Assembly: GCA_008632985.1 (NCBI GenBank)
Contig: QPGO01000110.1
Coordinates: forward strand, 1-64,000
Length of the DNA: 64,000 nucleotides
Reading direction: 5' to 3'
Source of the DNA: Psammoneis japonica
Taxonomy: Eukaryota
Shown here: positions 12,501 through 24,416 of the stretch, in pieces
Layout of the letters: each line of letters begins with the position of its first letter
Numbering within the stretch: the first letter of the stretch is position 1
Translations under genes and position numbers: made by a program
The notes under the pieces: model-generated
What the model saw: the letters and a program-made list of their open reading frames with translations, nothing else
Database searches by the model: none
Told to the model about the DNA's origin: nothing

Positions 12501-15500
12501 AACTTCTGATTACTTTCGATGTCAGAGCCCTTTTCTTTGATAATTACTTGTATCCTTATTTCACTCATTTCAGAACCGCCATTTTCAACTTGCAATTCAG
12601 CCTCGAACGCCTCTCGGGTGAGGACCGCGCGTTGCTTGATTTGAACGCGCACCTTGGCGCAAACGCCGTCTCGGCTTCTTGAGGCAGCGGCGACCACATT
12701 GTCTGCATCAGAATGCCATTGGGAGTTTAGATTGGTGAATCCTTGAAGCTGGGCACGACTGATAGCACCTGACAAAGGTTCGGCCTCTTTTACAAGCTCT
12801 GAGTAGTCAATCATATCTTGATTGAGATCAGGTGGTAGATCAGTCACAGAATAATATCCCTGGGTGTAGTAGGCTAATGAACGATTCCACCGGGCAGCGA
12901 ATTCAACAATTTGTTCTCGAGCGGTTTCAAAGGGTGTTGCAACAATGAATTCAACCTCATTATGTGAAATGATCTCGCCCATGTCGCCGGACTCATTCAC
13001 CGTATCGGCCAGTCGACTTTGAAACAAGGGAAGGCTGTCTTCTGAAAACGAATCGAAGAAGTCCCCATCAGCCCCCCCGAACGGTTTGAGGGCAAATTCA
13101 AACAGAGAAACGATGGCTGCCGTAGAATCTTGAAAATTCCTGGCCGCAATTTCATCTTCTAACTCAATGTCTTGCAACTCTCGGCTGCTGGTTATATGGT
13201 TCAGCAGTCTTTGGCCAAGAAGCCCTCCAGGTCGGTCAAAGCAGCGCTTTAAAAGGTCATCCGCGCACTCTACAATGGATTGGAGCCTCGTCAATCCCGC
13301 AACAATCGCGGGCAGAGCCAAACGACGGGAGGACTCTCCTTGCAGTAAACCGCGCGAGGGACCCCTTTTGTTCCCAGCAAGATCCATGGCGCAGTCTATT
13401 GAAGCTTTCACAGCACATGTAGCATCCGCAAATGGGCCTGACTGCGAATCCATCAGACCAAAAATGCACTTTCCCATATTAATCGCGCATTTTGTGACGT
13501 CGTCAAGTGGTAGAAGTTTCTCCAAACAACCAAAAATCGCGAGTTGACACTGGCATCCAATCTCCAAAGATGGTCCACCACGAATGCTACCTGGGTTCGT
13601 GCAACATTCGCTACTGCCAGTGGCTTGAGAAGGACGAGAAGAATAAGTCCTACATCCCTCGACCCGCCGGGAAGTGATGTAGGTGATTTTCTCAAACCTC
13701 CACTCATCCTTCCGGCATTTCACGCTCCACACTGCATTGCCATTTGTACAACTGTTACCGCTGTTCTGTAAAGCTCTTGAGGAGGGTAGAGCTTCGATCT
13801 TCACGGGATAAAATATTGTAGTGCCGGCAAGCACATCTCCAATCGGGCCTTCAAGGAGCGGAACAAACTGCAGCCCATTTACAGATGGGAGAGTAATGTC
13901 GAAATTATTTACTGATATCAATCCATGATTTGTAATTTTGAAATTGATCTGATCCACGCCTGCAGTCAGGGTCGTGATGTCAATTTGCACAGGATCAATG
14001 ACAATGACGGGCGCAGGAACAAAGGTAGTGAATGTCGCCTCTATTGTTGTCTCGTACTCTTCCTCAATTAGTGTTGGCCGGACAGTCCATGAGTACGAAA
14101 CCAGCTGCCTTGCAAGAAAAGCGTACACGACAGATTCAGGGCTTTCTAGATCAAGCACCTGGTAGAACCCGTCATGGTTACTGGCAGACGCTCGAATCCC
14201 GTAGAGGCCATAAGCCAGCTCAGAAAATACTGCCTCACCCGTAGCGTCGGTGGTAGCCCGAAACCTGTCTCCAGTCACTAGGTTGCGTATCCTGACATCT
14301 GCCTCTGAGAGACGTGGACTACCATCCGCGAAAAAGGTGTATTCATCCTCGCAAACAACCGTAAGATTGCCAGTGAGGCTGCTGGTTACTTGTATTTCGT
14401 ATCTCAGATCTAAGAATGTGGAGTCGGAACGTATCTGAAGTCGGCCAGTACTTCTGTCAAACGGCTCATCTGGATCAGCAGCACTCGAAAAGACAACAGG
14501 AAAGGACTCGCCGGGACTCAAAGATGCAATCACAGCTCCTGATGAGATTTGCAGCAAATCGAATCCGGGAGGAAGGATCACCTGTAGCTGTCCAGTCGGA
14601 GCAGCTCCTTCGTTGCGGAGCAAGACAGTGGAGGAAGCGAGCCCTCCTTGATTCACTTTGATGCTGACTTTTGAAGGAGTTGCAACCAGCTCTGGAACCG
14701 GGATGCTCACCCTTATCTCAATTTCTCCCACCGCGAATGCAGAAGAATTTGATAATATTTCATAGTGAACAACGTCCGTAACTGGGGAAGTGGCCAGCAA
14801 AGTAACATTTGCCGTGACAGACAACGTTGCAGAGTCTAAAGAGAGCCCGTTCAGTCCGATCACTAAAGACTGGATCTCTCCGGGAAGATCAGATACAACG
14901 TTCACAGAGAGACCAGACAAAGGGAAGTCTGCCTTTACTGTCGAAATGGTAAACGCGTCGACTTGCTGGATGATTTCATCAGGGTATCCAGAGACAATGA
15001 CACGTGTTGGAGAAACTGAAAGACCAAAGATGGTGAAAGAATCCGAGGGGACGCCAGAAGAAAAACCAGGCACCTGACCCCCCACCTCGTAAACCCCTCC
15101 TTCATCAACATATGGCACAAATGGCACGCGGAATTTTCCCTCTTGGTCTGACGTAACGGAGAGGATGCGCCGGAAGCCTGCTTCGTTCAGAACAAAAACC
15201 TCGGCAGAGCAAAATGAGACCGCGCTATTGTTTGAACGGTAGAGGCAGTTGCCCTCAATGGGAACAAAGCGATTCTCGGGGCCCGTTTCCAACTTATCTA
15301 CCAACGCATCAACGTTGGCAATATAATATACTGGTAGAACTAAAAGTTCAAAGGTTACGGAGTTGTCAGCAACTTCATTCTGGGCCTGAACGGTGAGCAT
15401 TACAGTTCCTTTCAAATTAGTATTCCAAGAGATTTCGCCAGTCTCGCTGTCAACAGTCAAGCCAGGAGCAACAGGACTGGACGAGACGGTCCAGCTGAAA

Positions 15501-17294
15501 GGCGGCGTTCCCGAAAGGACAACGGGAGTGATATTTACTTTGTTGCCGACGATAACCTGCATATCTGGCAGATCTGCGAGTACCGGTGGGTCGACAATGA
15601 CATCAATGTGCCACCTGTGTATCCGTTGAAGCAGAAACATTCCCCGCCGGAACAAAATCCGTTGGTGCACGGGTTTCCTTTACAATCACCAAAGAACGTG
15701 AAGGAGACAGAGTTTAACGACTCCTCTCCATCAATGTGCACGCTGAAATCGACTACGATTTCTCCTTCAGGCCCAATGACGACAGAAGGAGCGACACAGG
15801 AGATCTCTCTCGATGAAAGAAAGGTACCATCGACAAAATTAGAGCCAAATCTGCATTGAATTTCATCCCCGTCCATGTTGTACCCTTCAACACGGACTAC
15901 GTAGTTTCCCGTGTCGGGGCCAGCTTGAGGAACAACTTGTGTCATGTAGATCAGCGGTAGGCATTCTGATGTAAAGGTGCCTTCGGGGCAAGTCGGGGCC
16001 GCCGTTGGAACAACGGACGGTTGGCGGCTTGGCGTCGACGTGGGCTCTTCCGTAACGCATCCATACTTTCTGGGCGAGCTGAATGTAAGATTCTTAAACT
16101 CAACCCCATCGCATCCAAGAGGTCCCTCGCATATAAGGCACTCCGTATCAGTAATTTGTGTATTGCTTTGGCATGTAGCAGAGTCGGAAAAACGATTTCC
16201 GTCATCATAGCACATCAGAGTCTCGGGGCCGGAGATGAACGCTCCTTCGCAGGTGTTCTCGCCCTGACACAGCACCATGTCGTTTGCCACAATGTGAGTA
16301 TCTTGGCACGCATTTCTTCCTATGCAGCTCAACGAGGGTGTAATTATGTCGGACCGGTCGCACGAACTGCGGCCCAAACATTGTAGCTCTACACTTGCCA
16401 AAATCTCATCGATGTTCTCACACGCTTGTGCAGAGCTACAAACAATGTAAGGAGCCGCGAGAATGTCCGCACTGTTGCAAACTGCCAATCCAGAGCTGCA
16501 GAATATCGCTTCTTCCGCTACAACAGAATCAGCATGGTAGCAACCAAAGAATCCAGCGCAAGCGACATTCCGAGCAGACACGCTACGCACTGACCTGCAG
16601 GCACTGCTTCCAATACACGATACATCATGCGTTGCAGAGATATTGTGCACATCTGCGCAGGAAAAGAAATCCGTACAAAATACATCATTCGCTGAAATAG
16701 TCCCAACAGAGCGACAGCTAAAGCTTCCTGTACACAACAACTCTTCAGCGGCCAAGATCTCTGACGTTTGGCGGCACGCATCTTCTCCGTCGCAGGTTAC
16801 GTTCGGAGCAGAAAGACTCTTGGCGTCTCTGCAGGCTCGGTACCCTTGACATTTCACCTCGTTGTAGGCAGAGATAGTGGCATGTCGACAGACAAATTCT
16901 CCGTTGCAAATCACAGTATACAACCGCTAATTTCTGCTGCTTCTCCCTCAACCCAACACGGGTGCTCCACAGTGCAGAACAGGGTAGAGTTTTCGTTTGT
17001 AACAATACCACCTATTGTAGATGAGCATTCACCGGAAGGCATGGGAGAAGAGGATGGTGAAATGCTAGTAGGGAGTGGCATGGGGCTTGGCACTGAGGTG
17101 TGACTCATGCTTAGGGACAAGCTGAGTTCGCGGTGAAGATGTACATCAGCTTCTTCAACAATGGTTGATGGCTTTAGACTAGGACTGGTGGAGGGGTTCG
17201 GAACAAGTCCTAGCGGTAGAGCACGGTCATTTTCCAAAGCTATAACTGTTGGGAGAATGAGAGCGAGAAGAAGCGGTGTTTGCGACTTTCCCAT
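9600..17294 (-). CDS. Giant secreted/cell-surface adhesin-like protein (~2560 aa), split into four ORFs by three apparent single-base frameshifts
   Basis: Signal peptide, CxGxxxC repeats, IPT/TIG domain, EGF-like, Ig/CARDB-like and FN3-like regions, a Myxococcus-type Cys-rich repeat (CGNGVLDPGETCDDGN), a disintegrin-like segment, a long PS-rich mucin-like tract and a hydrophobic C-terminus. The ORFs overlap at ~16915, ~15600 and ~12390. Confidence 0.8.
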
Positions 17295-17722
17295 GACGGA
17301 TGACGCTCTATCGGTATGCTGTTCTTCGTGATTTACGGTACGTTTTTGCTCACATTATTTTGTGAGAGGCACTTGTCTTTGCGATTTTCTCATCCCTGCC
17401 AGTTGAGCGTTGAATTCGAATTTTCGTCTTTTCTAATGAGCATTAATAACTTGTGCTTGAAGAAGTGGTTGTCGGTACATACATAGTCTGGATTGCGCCG
17501 TCCGTTGAGACGAAACTGAGGTGCACCATCAGAACAAAAATTGAAAATCGGTGTGGACGCGCTCATACGTACGAATCTTCTCCCAGTGAGCATCCCACAT
17601 GGTGCGTAGGAAATGACTCTGCGACACTTCTTTCCGAATACTCAATGCCATGGGTTAGCACCATTAGCTTCAGCCTTGAGACCCCGCTGGGAGCGCTCTT
17701 CATGGTGTGTTGCGTGTTGCGG

Positions 17723-17830
17723 CATTAGACCTCGCGAATCGCGAAAAAAGCATTAGACCTCGCGAAAAAATCATTGGACCTCGCGCGGACGCATTCAGCA
17801 CAAAACGGAGACAATGGCTTTTTTGTACGA
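17723..17830. repeat. Array of CATT(A/G)GACCTCGCG motifs, a probable transposon sub-terminal repeat
   Basis: Three copies at ~21-28 bp spacing. The same motif family occurs at 53197-53310. Confidence 0.7.
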
Positions 17831-18662
17831 GCCGTCGCCCGTCGCCCGTCGCGATGGGGAGGCTCTTCGACAGGTGATGCAGCAATAGACAACAGACAAG
17901 TGTTGCTCCGAAGATCAGTGAGCCCTTAGAAAACCCTGATTGAGTGCATTCATTTGATGTCAACATGCGAAGCATGATGTCAGAGGAGCCCGAGTGACGA
18001 GGCACTTGCAGCAGAAGAAATCATGTGCGCGCACAACCTTTCAATGGAACGGCCTTGTCCCGGCATTGCACATGAGAATGAATTAGAAGTTTGATGCTCA
18101 TTGCCACAGGGGAGCACAAACAGCACCAGGTGCCATGATGTGATGCTGCCACACAGCTCCGGTTTGTTCAAGCTGGGTGTTTCTCAGCACTGTGCGGCAC
18201 AAAACAACCTCCGAGCAAACATCTGGTGCTTGGGATGTCAGGAGGCCATGCATTTTCCTTGGTTTCAAGTGCTCTAGTTTTTTTGCTGCATCATTTCTCC
18301 AGGCGATGTCCTCTGTGCTCCACGCCCGTTGCCGACATTCCACGCCTCTCTTCCAACTCCTTCTGCAGCCCAGACCATGCTGCATGCCACACGTTGCTTC
18401 AGATGACTTCTGCCACACAGCAAGGCTCCAAATGCTGCTTCTCTGTAAAAAGATTCAACTCCTTGTCCCACCCAGTGCTGCACCCCAGGCCTCGCATGCC
18501 TCAACGGTGGGTTTGCACCGTGTGACTCCGTGATGCGTTGTTGTCACTGCAGCTGGGGAGCAAGTTGTCCTTCATGGAAAGAACACATTCTAGTCAAAAG
18601 GGCAAAGAATTAGAATGAGGGTGACACAAGTTGGATGCAACTCAGTTCCAAGGCCTGCAAAC

Positions 18663-19053
18663 GACGCGTTCCAGGTCTAGGTGGGACCTCGCACTACTGA
18701 ACTGTGACATCGACAGTTTTTTGAGTCTCGTCGTATGTCGCGCACGTAGATTTCTACGTGATTTTTTCGATATTTTGTGTCATTTTACGGTACACTTATT
18801 GAGCGATCCGTCCAACAACTTTTGACATTTTTTGTTACAGCGCGATTCTTTGATGTCTTAAGAATCGCGCAGGGCAGGCGAAGTTGCAAAAACGTCGAGT
18901 GGGTAAGAGGCATAATTGTACCACAAACTTGGCCGTTTATTTGATGTTGAAGATAAATGTGTCCATTAATTAAATTCTCGTACTACGGAGCTCGCACGTA
19001 GAATTCTACGGGCCCAATGTCACATGGAGTCCCACCTGGGGCTGGAACGCGTC
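18663..19053 (+). mobile_element. MITE copy 1 (391 bp)
   Basis: ~25-bp imperfect TIRs GACGCGTTCCAG....AGGTGGGAC; 4-bp TSD AAAC on both sides; near-identical inverted copy at 19759-20150. Confidence 0.92.
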
Positions 19054-19758
19054 AAACATCTCATGTCCCTGCTTGCCCAGTGTTCAATCTCAGAGTGTCA
19101 TCACCCGCAAGCGTTGCTTGTTGCTGGTTTCGATTGCAGCACCAGCACCGCAAAAATCCGTGCGTGCATGAGTTTTTTGGCGAGCATTCCGTAAAGTCTT
19201 GACTTGTGTCTTGATGTCATGACTGAAGCAGTGTGTGTTGTCACGAGAAGACCTTCTTCCTTTTCAGTGGTCAGCTTGTGTTTGTCAAGCATTGCCCGTC
19301 AACGGGCTCTTTCACATCTGAGATTTTTCTGGAGGGCTGCTGAGACTGCGGCACGTGGACACGGGATGGCTTCTCTGCAGTTTTGCCAGTGACAGTCATT
19401 CAGTTTTGAGTGACCTTGCAATGTCATCTGCGTGCCTTGACATCACAATTGATCCTAGAGAATCAACTCATGTCTGCTGACAATTGAGAGACAGTCACCT
19501 GTTGGAATGAACTGGGTCGTGACACTGATGAACTCAGTTTGGCAAGAGCTCTGCTTGACCAAGGGAGACAAAAACTTGTCTCTCCACACAAAACCCACTC
19601 CAAGGTGCAGGAAAGTGCAACGTGCCATGCCTCCGGCTCGTCAAATCTTCTGATGACACACCGGCACACAAATGATGTACGACCACAAACAGGACTTGCT
19701 TGGACATGCAAGCTGCACAACGGGTTCCGGTGATGTCCCCTCACATGCATTGGCTGTG

Positions 19759-20150
19759 GACGCGTTCCAGCCCTAGGTGGGACTCCTTGTGACATTGGGC
19801 CCGTAGAATTCTACGTGCGAGCTCCGTAGTACGAGAATTTAATTTTAATGGACATGTTTATCTTCAACATCAAATAAACGGCCAAGTTTGTGGTACAATT
19901 ATGCCTCTTACCACTCGACGTTTTTGCAACTTCGCCTGCCCTACGCGATTCTTAAGACATTGTAGAATCGCGCTGTAACAAAAAATGTCAAAAGTTGTTG
20001 GACGGATCGCTCAATAAGTGTACCGTAAAATGACACAAAATATCGAAAAAATCACGTAGAAATCTACGTGCGCGACATACGACGAGACTCAAAAAACTGT
20101 CGATGTCACAGTTCAGTAGTGCGAGGTCCCACCTAGACCTGGAACGCGTC
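19759..20150 (-). mobile_element. MITE copy 2 (392 bp), inverted relative to copy 1
   Basis: Same TIRs; 4-bp TSD TGTG on both sides; absent from the homologous site in the repeat copy at ~62480. Confidence 0.92.
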
Positions 20151-20569
20151 TGTGCTTTTGAAGCTTCTTCCAACTCTGTGCTCTGTGTCTGACATCATTT
20201 CTCATCACTGGGCTTGGTTCGACGGCCAAAAATGGCACTCTGTCAATGTTGCCAAGACTGATGACTGGGAAAATGGTTTGGCACTTTTGTCCTGCAGTGG
20301 CCACAAAACCGCTGACAGCTGACCATTTTCTTCTGGTCAACAAGCACGCACCAATGGCATTCTCTCTCATCAGCTAAAAGGGCCAACTGAGAGGTGCTTT
20401 GTTCTCTTCATGGATGGGATCCCTGCGCCTTTCATCGAGACCCTGCAGCATGTCCTGCCTTTGCACAACAAGCACATGACGAATTTCAACAGAAGCAACA
20501 ACGCTCCAACTGTTGCCAACCCAAAAGACACTTTGGCTCATGGTTGCTTGACCTGTTGGACACTGCCCC

Positions 20570-21090
20570 ATTGAAATCAATGCGTTGGACGAACAATCTG
20601 CCTCAGTTCTCAAGGAGCGGGTGCTGCGTTGTGTGGAGTTTGTCGCCCTCAATGTGATCAAGAACTCAAACGCAACAAATTGTTTGGCTCTTGATGAAAT
20701 CGATGGAGCCAATGCCCGCGGGGCTGATGCGTCACTGGTGGAACTTTTCATCAAGGCAGAAATGTCCAGCTGCAGGGACAGCAACAACTCCCACAAGAAG
20801 AAACAGAATCCTTGCCCTCGTCATTCCATTGTCGTCATTCGCAGCCACAAGTTTGCGCCAGCACTCAGACCACTCTTGTCACATGCCGTGCAGTTTGATG
20901 TGCCGTCTAGCATGCGTCTCGTTGCAAGACTCCAAGCTGTGTTGAGCAAAGAGCATTTGAACTTGACAGGCACTCTGCATCATCAATTGGTCACAGGGAC
21001 AGGAGATGACATCCATTCTTGTCTGCACACCTTGCATTTGGCGGCAGCATGGGCCCGAGAATTGGTGAGACTGTCAGACAAGGATCAAAC
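20570..21090 (+). pseudogene. CTF18: CTF18 (RFC-like clamp loader) fragment within repeat copy A
   Basis: NCLALDEIDGA (Walker B), HKFAPALRPLL and GDDIHSCLHTL resemble CTF18 motifs. Confidence 0.72.
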
Positions 21091-21529
21091 TCATGTCAAT
21101 TTTATTCACCATTTGGAGTGGCAGACCATCAAGAGTCTCACCATGGTGTGGCATTAAACAGGGTGGACTGGTGCTGTGCTTGGAATGCATGCAAACACAC
21201 CCCGTTGCGTGATGCTTTCAATGATCAACCCGAGGGTGCGATTTCAGATTTTCGCTGTCACTCCATGGAAGCAAAGGCTCATCTGCAGGGAAAAGACATC
21301 AACTCACACTTGTGCTGCAAAACAGGAGACGAGGATTGGACACACTCAGAATTTGTCCCGCTCGCACCAACGTTGGCCGCAACGGGAGAATGATCTCAAG
21401 ATGTTCTGATGCCACTGTGTGAAATGGCTCAATGCAAGCCATGGAAGAAAATCATGTGGTGCACCAACTTGCAGTGCATCTTGTTGGAAGTGAAAGCAAT
21501 CGACGGATCAGGCACAATTGCAGATGCTC

Positions 21530-21900
21530 TGGTGGTGAGTGGGAGGGCAACAAGGCCTCATTTTGCACCCTGGAAAGTCCTTTTTTTGTCACCAAAATCT
21601 GAGGCTTGCCAACTCCGCCACCAGCCGAGAAGCAAAAATCAAGTCTGATTACATTGCGCATAAAAAAATCAAGGGAGCGCTTGGCATCAAGACAATCATT
21701 GGAAACAGACTCAAGAAGATGATGGCCGGAACCCAGCCAATGAGATGAGCTGTCGTCAGTCGCTGTGGAGGCCATGCTTGATTCTCAGAGCATTGGAGAA
21801 GACGGCAAAGAGGAACGCATCAAGGCAGAGGCAATGTCCAATTTGACTGCACTCAAAGACAAGTTGAGTGCAGACAAAAAGGGCGCAATGGTCCCAGCCT
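21530..21900 (+). pseudogene. eIF5B: eIF5B fragment within repeat copy A
   Basis: IKSDYIAHKKIKGALGIK..GNRLKKMMAGT and IKAEAMSNLTALKDKLSADKKGAMVPAS resemble eIF5B domain II/III. Confidence 0.7.
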
Positions 21901-23734
21901 CTGTTGTCTCGACAGTGCACTTTTGTTTCAGATTCATGTCTGGTGCACCTTTTGTTGTGGACAATGCTCAATTGGTGACGTGGGGACCCGATGTGTCCAT
22001 GAGATCGACACTCAATGACACGACAAATCACAAACATTTTCAGTGTCCAAAATGCTGGTTTAATTCAGTGGGCCCCAGTGCAAGTGCTTGAGATGTTGTC
22101 CCAATGCCGCACCACAGCACCTCTGCTGCTTCGTGACTGCGGCTCTGTTTCGACAGGTCAACCTTAAAGAAACGACCCAAGGGGAGACGAAGGTGGAGTG
22201 GCAAGAATCAATGATCCCCGATGCCAAAGCCTTCAAGGCATGTCAGAGCAGGCATGAAGGTGGGATTTCATGTCTGCACTCAAGTGCAACAACCATTTGC
22301 GCCAAGGTTGCAGAAGCAGTTTTCTCTGTCATCTTTTGCTCCTGGTTCAGGCCATCCAACAAGCAAGTTAGTTGTGGCTTCGTCAATGTCATGAATGTTC
22401 TTCCTCTTCTCGTTCATGGCTTCTTGAGATTTCATGTCTTGTTCGTCTCATGAGTTGACGTGCTGGAGCTTCACTTGGAGCTTGGAGAGTGGTGCTTGCA
22501 GGTTTTGAACCTTGGGTTGCAATTGAAGTGCTCCTGCAGTGCTTGAGGGCAAAAACAAACTCGGCAACACCGCCGCCAGTGCAGTTGGAATCGGAACGGG
22601 GCGCACGCATGAGGTGACAAAAATCTCCATTGTGAACAAAAAAGGCTGTCCCAAGCACACCAGCTTTGCCGACTTAGACCACAATCCTTGCATTTGAGGT
22701 GACGATGAAGCACAAGGACCAAGAACATGCTGCGACCGCCATTGCAATCCACAGACATCGTGCAGAATGAGTGACACGCAAGTGTGGATTGCCATCTTGT
22801 GCTTTTGGTCTTTCTGCATGTGATGGAAAAGTTTCAAAGCGTGCTTCAAACATTTGAAACATGCCGGTGTCAAAAGTTGACAGAAATTGGTCGCGTGGGA
22901 TGACATTGCCTCAAGAGAGCCATCAAAAGATGGAGCTCAAGCTTTTGTGCATCTTCAGAGTGAAAAATGTCACCCAAAAAAATGCAAAAGGGCGGGCGCG
23001 CTGCGGAGACAACAAGAAAACTTGCGAGTCAACCGCGCACCAAATCAACACTCCCTGCGAGTGAAGACTCACCGTGCCACATCACTGATGTGATGGAACC
23101 CCATGCCCCGCATTCCGTCAATGGCATGATCTGCTTGGCGAGGTTTTGCTGCTTCGCAGACGAACGCTGCTGTCTGTTTCAATGGCCGTGACCTGACGGG
23201 TCAAGCAAGCAGGCAAATTCCTGCGGTCAAAGACACAGGAGTGACATGGACTCCAGGCCGGAGACACACACACTCGATTTGCCCCGACCTCCGGACTCAA
23301 CTGGCAACACCTGCGCCACCTGGAGACAAAACGCCATCAAGCTGAATGAGTTGTGGAGTGCCAAACGAGAGCGAGTGCTCAATCCAGAGGAAGGGCGAAC
23401 ATTCGTGGGGACTTGGCACTTTCCAAATTATTGCTAATTCCTACGTAGACCTTACGGTTGCCGCACAAAACGCCAAAAAAAAACTGCCGCCGATGACGTC
23501 TTCGCCGCTGTCGAGGTCCGAGCATGTGACGACAACAGCGGCAAGGATTTGGTCTGTGAGTCTGTCAGGATGTACAAGCTCCGGTGCAAATCTACGCACG
23601 AGCCTGTTGCCATGCGTGGTACGAACACCGTTAAAATTTGCACTGCGTTTTATGGCAGTCTGCGCAGGGCTTCTGATGGGACGAACTTGTCATTTGTGAA
23701 TGACCATGCACAGATGTCATAGATGCCTCGAAGA

Positions 23735-23820
23735 CGAAACGTGATGGAGGGGGGAAAACAGACGGCACACGAAACGTGATGGAGGGCGGGGGGACAACAG
23801 ACGGCACGAAATGTGATGGT
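23735..23820. repeat. Short tandem repeat (~35-39 bp unit, ~2.5 copies)
   Basis: ACGAAACGTGATGGAGGG...ACAGACGGCAC is repeated. Confidence 0.7.
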
Positions 23821-24416
23821 GCGTGCGTCGCGTGCGGTGCGTGGCGTGGATGAACGACACAGACGAAATGATGGAATTTCAAATGCATGGCTCTAAAATC
23901 TGCAACATTGTTCGTCCGTAGGGGTGGTGCGTTGCTCAACAGCTTCTCTGTGTGAGTTATAAAGATGAACATGTCAAAGAAAATGAGTGAGATGCCGAAA
24001 CAAAAGCGCAACACAACTCGATTGCGACAGAGAGCGATGGTGAGTCTCGAACCGTGGTGTCAATGCAAAATCCTTTTTTCACCTTACAATTGGCCGCTTA
24101 CCTTCGAAAAAGCAACATAAGCTGTTTCTATATGAAGGTAAAGACCAGTAGATAGCGTTGGTATTGTTGAAAGGATCGTCAACAGTCTAATGACCCGCGC
24201 TCCGATTATTGTGGTTTATGGTGTGTGGTGCTTTGATGAGGATGCGCGCACCCTTGGAGTCGCGTGTCCGGTCTCTTGCATTACAAATACATATACATAA
24301 TAGTAATAAATTTATATACTTTAACGGCGGAGTTCGCACCGTCAAGATTACTTAGAGGCTGTTGACCACGCATGGCAACACGCGTTCTACGCAGCTTGTA
24401 CATCCTGACAGACTTC

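Larger units (their letters stand above)
19255..23495 (+). repeat. Chimeric gene-fragment repeat, copy A (TpA-erased)
   Basis: Colinear with the reverse complement of ~58715-62985 at every segment compared; carries CTF18 and eIF5B fragments. Confidence 0.88.

Noticed and set aside
18663..20150. A single element with ~390-bp TIRs
   Set aside because: Each arm has its own TIRs and its own distinct TSD, indicating two insertions.
17890..23420. Many short Cys/His-rich ORFs as real genes or evidence of an alternative genetic code
   Set aside because: They are explained by loss of TAA/TAG and Tyr codons; neighbouring genes use the standard code.
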